A DNA stretch of 64,000 nt from Patescibacteria group bacterium (lineage in GTDB: Bacteria > Patescibacteriota > Patescibacteriia > JBAZBY01): positions 494,940-558,939 of the forward strand of contig JBAZBY010000001.1 in NCBI GenBank assembly GCA_041671225.1, given 5' to 3'. The number at the start of each line of letters is the position of its first letter. Position 1 is the first letter of the stretch. This document shows, piece by piece, positions 56,656 to 64,000 of the stretch. Below the pieces are notes generated by a model that saw nothing but the letters and a program-made list of their open reading frames with translations, did not search any database and had not been told where the DNA came from. The translations under genes were made by a program, and so were the position numbers.

Positions 56656-58722
56656 CTACTCAAAATGCGTTTGAATGGTGCGCTGCTGTAGCACTGCCTT
56701 GAGCGCAGGATACTGTTCAAGTTCAGGATCTTGTTTAAGCAGCGCATCGGCATCCTGCTGCGCCGCGGCGATGAGGTCGCTGTTCGTGAGATGCGCGAGC
56801 GTCTCGCCACTGTAGCCGGATTGGTTCTTCCCGAATATTTCGCCCGGCCCTCGCAGTTCAAGATCCTTCTCAGCGAGGGTGAATCCATCCAGAGTATGTT
56901 CCATGAGTCGCAGACGTTCCAGCGCGCCGCGATTTTTTTGATCTGTCGCAAGATAGCAGAATGCCTCCTGCCCTGCGCGCCCGATGCGCCCGCGCAATTG
57001 GTGCAGCTGCGCAAGGCCAAAACGTTCCGCTCCTTCAATGAGCATGAACGATGCATCCGGCACATCAATGCCCACTTCAATAACCGACGTTGTGACAAGA
57101 ATGTGATTCTCTCCGCGCGCAAATCGATCCAACACGTTCTGTTTTTCATCCGGTTTCATGCGTCCATGCAGCAAGCTTAATTCTTTTTCAGGGAATATAT
57201 CAGCGAGTGTTTTGAACTCCTCGGTTGCCGCCCGCACGCCGAGCGTGTCAGACGGGTCAATAATAGGGTAGACAACAAAGCATTGTTTGCCACGGGAAAC
57301 CATTTCCTTCATTTTTGTAAAAGCGTGTTCTCGTTCTTCCCCCGGAAGCGCTTTTGTCGTAATGCGTTTTTCTCCGGTCGGGAGTTCTTTGATAAGCGTG
57401 AGATCAAGGTCGCCGTAGATAGTGAGCGCGAGTGAACGCGGAATCGGCGTTGCGGTCATTGAGAGGAAGTGCGGGACGCTCCCATGCCGTTCCATCGCCT
57501 GCTCGCGTAATATTTTGCGCTGTTCCACGCCAAAGCGATGTTGTTCATCAATGACAATAAGCCCAAGTTTTTTAAAACGCATACGCTCATTGAGCAAAGC
57601 GTGCGTCCCAACAAGAATATTCACGTTGCCGTCCCGCACTGCTTGTTCAAGCTCTGTGCGAGGCACCTCCCTGCCATTCAGTCTTGCGGTGCCTCCGGTC
57701 ACAAGCCCAAGCGAGAGGCCGTGTTCTTTGACGTGTTCGGTAAAACGCTCTGCATGCTGGCGGGCCAGTATCTCCGTCGGCGCAAGCAATGCACCTTGGA
57801 ATCCGGCTTTTGCAGAGGAAAAGAGCACGATTTCAGCCACAAGCGTTTTGCCTGAGCCAACATCACCTTGCAGCAAGCGGTTCATTGGGCGGGGCTGCTC
57901 CATGTCTTGCAGGATCTTCCATGCAGCTTTGCGTTGATCGTTCGTGAGATCAAAGGAGAACTGCTGCAAGAATGTTTTAATGGCATCGTCATCGTGCGCA
58001 ATTGCATGCGCGGGCAACGTCTTAAGTAGTTTTTTTGCTTTGACAACCGCAAGTTGAATGAAAAAGAGCTCCTCATAGGTAAAGCGCGCTTTTGCTTTTT
58101 TGAGTGCTTCCATGCTCTCTGGAAAGTGGATTGCGCGTACGGCTTCACCGCGGCTAGGGAAGTGCTGCTTGGCCATGATGTTTTCTGGGAGCACCTCGGG
58201 CAACATATCCGCAGCAGGCAATACCTTTTGAATAAAGGTACGGATTGTTTTAACGGTAAGATCCTTTTTTGTTGCATAGACCGGCACAATGCGTCCCACA
58301 TGCGCTTGATCCTCTTTTTCCTTCTCCCACGCTGGTGATGCCATAGAGAGTTTTCCAAATCTGTAGTGTGCCTTTCCAGAGCAGAGAAGGGTATCACCCT
58401 GCTTTACGACATGCGTGAGGTATGGCTGATTGAACCAAAGGACGCTGATGCTGCCTGAATCATCAGAGAGAATCGCCTCGGTCATGCGCATGCGCCTGTT
58501 TTTTGTTGTGCGGTTTACAATAGATTTTACTGTCCCGCGTATCGTAACAGTCGTTTCAGGAGTGACGTCGTTTATCTGCACCGTTTCAGAAAAGTCATCA
58601 TAACGAAAGGGGAAGTGCCAAAGCAGATCCTCAAAAGTCAAAAAACCCGCTTCCGCAAACTTAGCCACGGTAGCTTTGTGGATGCGCGGAATGTTGGCGA
58701 TAAGTGCTTGGGCTTGCGTCAC
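56656..58722 (-). CDS. recG: ATP-dependent DNA helicase RecG
   Basis: P.RY.D, WFNQPY, MNRLLQGDVGSGKT, DEQHRFGV.QR, MTATPIPR, QLHQLRGR.GR, DLELRGPGE. Confidence 0.97.
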   Translation of the reverse strand: MTQAQALIANIPRIHKATVAKFAEAGFLTFEDLLWHFPFRYDDFSETVQINDVTPETTVTIRGTVKSIVNRTTKNRRMRMTEAILSDDSGSISVLWFNQPYLTHVVKQGDTLLCSGKAHYRFGKLSMASPAWEKEKEDQAHVGRIVPVYATKKDLTVKTIRTFIQKVLPAADMLPEVLPENIMAKQHFPSRGEAVRAIHFPESMEALKKAKARFTYEELFFIQLAVVKAKKLLKTLPAHAIAHDDDAIKTFLQQFSFDLTNDQRKAAWKILQDMEQPRPMNRLLQGDVGSGKTLVAEIVLFSSAKAGFQGALLAPTEILARQHAERFTEHVKEHGLSLGLVTGGTARLNGREVPRTELEQAVRDGNVNILVGTHALLNERMRFKKLGLIVIDEQHRFGVEQRKILREQAMERHGSVPHFLSMTATPIPRSLALTIYGDLDLTLIKELPTGEKRITTKALPGEEREHAFTKMKEMVSRGKQCFVVYPIIDPSDTLGVRAATEEFKTLADIFPEKELSLLHGRMKPDEKQNVLDRFARGENHILVTTSVIEVGIDVPDASFMLIEGAERFGLAQLHQLRGRIGRAGQEAFCYLATDQKNRGALERLRLMEHTLDGFTLAEKDLELRGPGEIFGKNQSGYSGETLAHLTNSDLIAAAQQDADALLKQDPELEQYPALKAVLQQRTIQTHFE

Positions 58723-58778
58723 CGGGTTATTGTAGCGCAGTCATGCAAAACGTAACATGGCAGTCTTCGCCCAGGGGT

Positions 58779-58929
58779 CCCCGCAAACGGGGTGCGCAGG
58801 GAGCGTAGGATTGAGTGAGTGTAGCGAGCGAAATCCGTTAAGCGCGACCGTGTCCCAGTTTGTGGGGTATAACGAGGCTTTATGCGAAAGCCGCAGTCCC
58901 GCTCGGCGGGACGAAGGCTGAAGCATAAA
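58779..58929. repeat. Cluster of nested palindromic (REP-like) elements
   Basis: CCCCGCAAAC...GTTTGTGGGG; TTTATGC...AGCC..GTCCCGC-TCG-GCGGGAC..GGCT..GCATAAA. Confidence 0.6.
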
Positions 58930-58935
58930 ACGATG

Positions 58936-59266
58936 TGGTGCGCCCGGCAGGATTTGCACTCCGCCTTCGGCGGAGTACTCGCGTTACGACGAGCACATAC
59001 GACCGCTCGCGCCGCAGGCGCGAGCCATCACGCCCCCAATAGGCCACCTTTTGGTGTCCCCGGCAGGATTCGAACCTGCGACCTCAGGCTCCGCAAGCCT
59101 GCGCTCTATCCAACTGAGCTACGAGGACATCAAAAAGTGGCTATCTGCGCTACATTCCAAATCCAATGATTAAAAGAAAGGGGCGTGATGAGCAGGCTCC
59201 GCAAGCCTGCGCTCTATCCAGCTGCCCGGCAGAGCCGGGTCCGGCTTTGCCGGAAGCTACGGGCGC
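58936..59266 (-). pseudogene. Fragmented/interrupted outer tRNA-Arg(GCG) enclosing an intact tRNA
   Basis: 5' part GCGCCCG-TA-GCT[30-nt insert]CAGCTGGATAGAGC-G-CAGGC-TTGCGGA-GCCTG and 3' part GTGCAAATCCTGC-CGGGCGC-A-CCA have complementary acceptor strands. Confidence 0.7.
59052..59128 (-). tRNA. tRNA-Arg, anticodon GCG (intact, CCA encoded)
   Basis: GTCCTCG-TA-GCTCAGTTGGATAGAGC-G-CAGGC-TTGCGGA-GCCTG-AGGTC-GCAGG-TTCGAAT-CCTGC-CGGGGAC-A-CCA; 77-nt cloverleaf. Confidence 0.95.
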
Positions 59267-59279
59267 ATATCACCAAGGC

Positions 59280-59308
59280 ACTATAGAGAAGAATCCATCT
59301 CTATGCAA
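59280..59308 (-). promoter_or_regulatory. Sigma70 promoter for the nested tRNA unit
   Basis: Minus strand TTGCAT-17-TATAGT, ending 13 nt upstream of the outer tRNA 5' end. Confidence 0.65.
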
Positions 59309-59328
59309 GGATACGCGCATTTTTGTGT

Positions 59329-59357
59329 TTGACCAAAGCGTAAATTTGTGCTACAAT
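59329..59357 (+). promoter_or_regulatory. Sigma70 promoter for the kelch protein gene
   Basis: TTGACC-17-TACAAT with TGn extended -10. Confidence 0.65.
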
Positions 59358-59447
59358 AATCTTGATTTTTCAGATAAAAAATTTGAAAAACCTTATTTTT
59401 TGGGAGACTTTTTTGCCTTTATCTCCCTATGTATCGTATTGTCGGGA

Positions 59448-62400
59448 ATGAAAAAAACAAGGGGGAAGAGGAAAAAGCACACAATACCTGCACAACGCAT
59501 GCGGCGCACGCCATTGGCGCACCGGCGGCGTCGCGCACCGGCAGGTCAAATACAGCAGATAGCTGGAGCATTCTTGTCGCGGGTTCGCGCGTTGCGCACC
59601 GCACTCATTATCATTGCCATCCTTTCGTTGGGTGGTTTTTTTGCATTCCAATACATCACCACATATGCCGTTTCTGACAGCGTCACCATCTCATCACAAA
59701 CGGAATGGGAAGCTGGCGAGTACTGGAAGAATCAGCTGAATACCACCAACGCCGCAGGGGATCTTTCCATCGCATCCGGAGGCGTTGGTTCATGGGATCT
59801 GACAATGCCGAGCTTCCCAGAAGACACCCGAGGGTATTTTGCATACGGCCAGGAGCCCGCGGATCTTGGTACGGACCTCACGACCGATGGAACATATCTC
59901 TATATGATCATCGGCGGACGCCAGCCGGAGCTCTTCCGCTACAATCCGGAACTGGGAACATGGAAGCAGCTTGCAGATGCACCGACGGATTTCTATGACG
60001 CAGGAGCGCTCACCTATTACGACGGGTATCTGTATGCAACGAACGGGCATGATGGTTTGACGACGACGGATGCCGCAGGCGAGCTCTGGCGTTATGATAT
60101 TGCCGGAGACGCGTGGGCGAAGATGGCAAGCGCTCCGAGCGTCTGGGGTAGTACTGCAGTAGGCGGCGCAGACATTGAAAGCGGCAACAACGGAAAGCTG
60201 TATGCCGTGCAAGGCCATGCGCAGGCGCCGTTCTGGATCTATGACATCGCATCCAACACATGGGCAGACGGTCCAACCGTTCCGGACCCTATTTCCACGG
60301 CCAACAGCCACGCATTGGTCTATTCCGATGTCTCGTTCGGTACTGATCCGGTGTACTGTGAAACGGGGTGTATCTATGCGTTTTTGGGCAACAGCAGGAC
60401 GTTCCTTCGATATGACATCAGCATGAACCAGTGGTACTCGAGCTTCGCAGATGTTCCGGCGGCGCTCGGGAACGTCACAACTGGTAGTGCGCTTGCGTTT
60501 GATGCCGCAAATGATGATCTCTACGCGTTCCGCGGCGGTTCAACGGAATTCATGAAGTATGACATCGATAATCCGGGAACATGGGATGCGGCAACGCTCA
60601 CCACGCCCAACACCCAGCGCAACGTGACGACAGGCGCATCGCTCGTGTACCTTGACGGATACATCTATGGAACGCTGGGGGGCGTGCCGGAACTGGTGCG
60701 GTATGACGTTGGGAATGGCCGGTGGGATGCCGTTGTTGCGCAGAACGCGACCGGCACCAATTCCGGCGATCTGGTGGTGTATGTTCCGGATAACGTCACG
60801 GCAGGGTGTACGGATGATTCCGGGTGTTTGTTCGTTGCCCAGGGAGGCGGTACGGGATTGCGCAGATATGACATCGGCGCGCGCGCGTGGTCTGCGGCGC
60901 TCACCGTGGTTCCTGCCGCGTTCGGGCTGAACGGCACCATGTGCTTTGACGGCACGAATACCATCTATATGGCGCGCGCGGGCAACCAGACCATGGTGTA
61001 CCCGTACAGCATCAGCGGGAACAGTTACGGTACCACCATCACTGCGCCCGGAGCGGTTCAGCAGGGTGCGGGCATCGTTTGCACGGCAGCGAACCGCTTT
61101 TATCTTTTGCGCGGCAATGCGACGAACAGCTTCTATTATTACAACGGAACGACACTCGCGGCAGATGACAACATCCCCGCAGCGGCAGTGGGTTACGGCG
61201 GCGGGCTTTCCTGGGATGGCACATATGTCTATGCTCTTGCTGGCGATCGGCGCGGCAATTTCTACCGCTTTGATCCCTCGCAGGGTTCCGGATCGCGCTG
61301 GAGCGTGATGAACAACCTTCCGACCACCGCGTACTATGTATCGTCTTTGGAGTACGACGGCGCCGGGAACATCTATGTCATCCCAGGGCAATATGAAAAG
61401 GATTTTTGGCGCTATGACGTTTCAGAGAATTCTTGGAGCCGTGCAAGCGAATTACCGCAACGTTTTGGGTATGCGCACGGATTGGCCTATGACAGCGCTG
61501 CCGGCAAGATATGGGTCCTGCGCGGAGGCGCGCCAAGCACGAACAGCGTCGGGTTCCATATGTTCACACCGGAAGCGCATGCATACATTCCATCCGCAAC
61601 ATGGATCTCCGCTCCGATCGATCTTGATTATGTGAGTTCATTTACGGATCTGACCGCAACCACCACGACCCCCGGAGGCACGAGCGTCGCATATGTAACG
61701 CGCACGTCGGATGACAGCGTGAGCTGGTCGGATTGGGCAACAGTTGTTGGCGGGGCCATTGCTTCGCCGGCCAACCGGTACATGCAGGTGAAGGCAACGC
61801 TCACATCGGATGATACCAACACGCCGACGCTCTCGGATTTCACCATTACGTATGAGCGCGATTCAACCGATCCGATACAGCCGAGCATCGTTGGGTATGA
61901 TACCAGCGCAAAAGCCGCCACGCTGACCACGGGCAATTCATATTACTATACGAATCCGTATTTTGAATTTTCCGACGCAACGGATTCTGATTCACGCGTC
62001 ACCGGGTATTACGTTTCATGGACGACCAATGCGAGCCATAATCCGGCGAGCAGCGAAGACTACTTCCAGACCGCGGAGACATATTCCGTGCAAACGCCGC
62101 TCGCGGCCGGCAGCACATACTCCTTGCGCGTCGCAACAAAGGATGCCGCAGGCAACGTGACAGACGCTGAGACGAAGTTCACGTATACGTATACCGGCAT
62201 CTCTCCAGCAGCAACAAAGCAGTGGTCATCCCAGGCGGAGTTTGCCGCGGGTACGGTGAGCAATGTGAGCACATCCGCAAACGCGGGGAACGTCCAGCTC
62301 TCCGCCATGGCGAACGGCGCATGGGCCAATGAAGCGCCGACGAACCTCAACTTGACGACCGGTTCAGGAGCGTCAATGGTGTTCAACGGCAATGACACGG

Positions 62401-64000
62401 TGTATATCCTTCGCGGAACCACCACGCAGACGTTCTGGGCATATTCTGTCGCCAATAAGACCTATACGACGCTCGCGAATTACGGGAACAACGTTACCAC
62501 CGGCGCCAGCATGATCTTTGTTCCTGCCGGTACAAGCGCCGGATGTGCCGATGCCGGCGGGTGTGTCTTTGCATCGCGCGGCGGCTCCACAACGGAATTC
62601 CGGAGGTATGACGTGAATGCCAATACCTGGACGCAGCTTACCGATGGATCCGTGCTACCGCTTGCAGCCGGCAATGGAGCATCGTTCGCGTATAATAGCA
62701 GTGATACGCTGTATTATCTTTCTGGGAGCACTGCGCCCAGCACACGCTTCTATAAATATACGATCTCAACCGGAACCTGGACCCAGCTTCCAGATGTGGA
62801 CCAGACCATCGGGCTTGGGGGAACGCTCACGTATGTTCCCAGCGGCGCATATTGTTCTGATGCAACCGGATGTCTTTTTGCGACTCGCGGGAACTATGAC
62901 ACCGATTTCTACCGGTATCGCATCCAGGCGAATGCCTGGTCATATATGCCGAACACGCCCTTTGGCATCGGGGATGGCGCTTCGATCCGTTATGCCAACG
63001 GGTATGTCTATCTGTTGCGTGGGAGCGCCGCAAGTGCGGTCCCGACGAATAACTTCGTCCGGTATGATCTCACGACCAACCAGTGGGAACACCTTGCGGA
63101 TACGCCGACGAACATTTATCAGGGTTCTGAACAGGGATTGGCATACATCTCCACAAAGAACGAATTCCTGACGTTCCGGGGGTATTCGGAGTATGCGATG
63201 TTCGCGTATGACATCACGGAGAATGCATGGCGGACGCCGTCATTGCCGCATCACTATACGTCGAACGGGTATTACTACGGCGCCGTTGCATATGACACCT
63301 CGGCAGACCTGCTCTATGTCGCCCGCGGGGGAACCTATACGGACTGGTGGGCGTATGATCCGGCGCTCGCGACATGGCAGCAGAAGGCGGACGTCCCGCA
63401 TAACTTGAACATCGGCGCGAGCGCGGAGTATGTGAATCACGCGAACAATACCTACGACGGCACGTACATGCTCGTCGGGTATGAAGCGCAGGGAGACAGC
63501 GTGGGGCACTTCTTCCGGTACAGCGCCGCGACCGATTCCTGGACGCGGTTGGCAAATACCCCTGCAGAGCCGGGCACTGCCGGAGGTGCAGATCTGGTCT
63601 ATGACGGGACTGATGCTATATACACCGCGCAAGGCGGCACCACGTCATATTATAAATACACCATTTCAACCAATACATGGACGACGGTTGTTTCTACGAT
63701 ATGGGCGGCGCCATCAGAAGGGTCTTGCGCAGTGAAGGTGGATGTCGGCGGGACGGATTATATCTATCTGACCCGTGCGGCCAATACAACAACCGTGTAC
63801 CGGTTCAACATCGGCACGCAGACATGGGACGCCGCAGCCACGGTCGAAGTCGCGCCCGGAGCGTTGCGTTATGGGAATGCCTGCGTTGCGGACGGGCAGG
63901 GGAACATTTTGATCCCGCGCGGCAACAGTACCACGGATATGTATGTGCTTGATCCGGACGGTGATGCGAACGGCGTATGGACGACGCGTTCAACATTGAG
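59448..64000 (+). CDS. Giant membrane-anchored kelch-repeat beta-propeller protein (>1500 aa, 3' truncated; absent from the ORF track)
   Basis: ATG 59448: basic N-terminus, TM (ALIIIAILSLGGFFAF), then repeated DG.Y.Y...G...F.RY.....W..LA..P units. The same frame is still open at the window end. I read both ends and sampled the middle. Confidence 0.8.
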   Translation, partial: MKKTRGKRKKHTIPAQRMRRTPLAHRRRRAPAGQIQQIAGAFLSRVRALRTALIIIAILSLGGFFAFQYITTYAVSDSVTISSQTEWEAGEYWKNQLNTTNAAGDLSIASGGVGSWDLTMPSFPEDTRGYFAYGQEPADLGTDLTTDGTYLYMIIGGRQPELFRYNPELGTWKQLADAPTDFYDAGALTYYDGYLYATNGHDGLTTTDAAGELWRYDIAGDAWAKMASAPSVWGSTAVGGADIESGNNGKLYAVQGHAQAPFWIYDIASNTWADGPTVPDPISTANSHALVYSDVSFGTDPVYCETGCIYAFLGNSRTFLRYDISMNQWYSSFADVPAALGNVTTGSALAFDAANDDLYAFRGGSTEFMKYDIDNPGTWDAATLTTPNTQRNVTTGASLVYLDGYIYGTLGGVPELVRYDVGNGRWDAVVAQNATGTNSGDLVVYVPDNVTAGCTDDSGCLFVAQGGGTGLRRYDIGARAWSAALTVVPAAFGLNGTMCFDGTNTIYMARAGNQTMVYPYSISGNSYGTTITAPGAVQQGAGIVCTAANRFYLLRGNATNSFYYYNGTTLAADDNIPAAAVGYGGGLSWDGTYVYALAGDRRGNFYRFDPSQGSGSRWSVMNNLPTTAYYVSSLEYDGAGNIYVIPGQYEKDFWRYDVSENSWSRASELPQRFGYAHGLAYDSAAGKIWVLRGGAPSTNSVGFHMFTPEAHAYIPSATWISAPIDLDYVSSFTDLTATTTTPGGTSVAYVTRTSDDSVSWSDWATVVGGAIASPANRYMQVKATLTSDDTNTPTLSDFTITYERDSTDPIQPSIVGYDTSAKAATLTTGNSYYYTNPYFEFSDATDSDSRVTGYYVSWTTNASHNPASSEDYFQTAETYSVQTPLAAGSTYSLRVATKDAAGNVTDAETKFTYTYTGISPAATKQWSSQAEFAAGTVSNVSTSANAGNVQLSAMANGAWANEAPTNLNLTTGSGASMVFNGNDTVYILRGTTTQTFWAYSVANKTYTTLANYGNNVTTGASMIFVPAGTSAGCADAGGCVFASRGGSTTEFRRYDVNANTWTQLTDGSVLPLAAGNGASFAYNSSDTLYYLSGSTAPSTRFYKYTISTGTWTQLPDVDQTIGLGGTLTYVPSGAYCSDATGCLFATRGNYDTDFYRYRIQANAWSYMPNTPFGIGDGASIRYANGYVYLLRGSAASAVPTNNFVRYDLTTNQWEHLADTPTNIYQGSEQGLAYISTKNEFLTFRGYSEYAMFAYDITENAWRTPSLPHHYTSNGYYYGAVAYDTSADLLYVARGGTYTDWWAYDPALATWQQKADVPHNLNIGASAEYVNHANNTYDGTYMLVGYEAQGDSVGHFFRYSAATDSWTRLANTPAEPGTAGGADLVYDGTDAIYTAQGGTTSYYKYTISTNTWTTVVSTIWAAPSEGSCAVKVDVGGTDYIYLTRAANTTTVYRFNIGTQTWDAAATVEVAPGALRYGNACVADGQGNILIPRGNSTTDMYVLDPDGDANGVWTTRSTL

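Noticed and set aside
58936-59266. Group I/II intron in the outer tRNA
   Set aside because: The inserts are short hairpins plus a tRNA. No catalytic intron core is recognisable and there is too little remaining sequence to hold one.
59429-63996. Numerous short ORFs listed on both strands
   Set aside because: They are shadows of the single long kelch-protein frame starting at 59448.
1-64000. CRISPR array, diversity-generating retroelement, retron, rRNA
   Set aside because: No regularly spaced direct repeats, cas genes, reverse transcriptase motif or rRNA-like sequence were noticed by eye.
1-64000. Alternative genetic code (TGA=Gly, as in Gracilibacteria/Absconditabacteria)
   Set aside because: Conserved genes such as leuS, tsaC and virB4 end at TGA at expected lengths, and long ORFs are intact under code 11.

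Overview
The gene content points to a Patescibacteria (CPR) chromosome segment, probably Parcubacteria/ABY1-like. This is an inference; TGA is used as stop, so genetic code 11. Housekeeping genes (xer-like recombinase, rpsO, NYN, pnp, cmk, dksA-like, lspA, comM, LysM-M23, leuS, tsaC, rsmA, recG, tRNA-Arg) alternate with many surface-protein genes: a dockerin/cohesin cluster, a type IV pilin, a 1.6-kaa FG-GAP protein and a >1.5-kaa kelch protein running off the right end. A ~31-kb same-strand locus (24.8-55.6 kb) couples three giant Cys-rich secreted proteins to a T4SS-like core: VirB6-like, PrgI, VirB4 and two VirB2-like pilin fusions, one carrying a lytic transglycosylase. No relaxase, VirD4 or integrase lies within it. 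The strongest non-coding signal is an intact tRNA-Arg(GCG) nested inside a second, fragmented tRNA-Arg(GCG). There is also a family of 15/30-nt hairpin micro-insertions found both in that tRNA and in frame in the Xer recombinase. Other non-coding signals are a promoter-driven ~320-nt orphan structured RNA, an attenuator-like leader before the T4SS core and a tRNA-like minihelix. All calls were made by eye, with no database searches.
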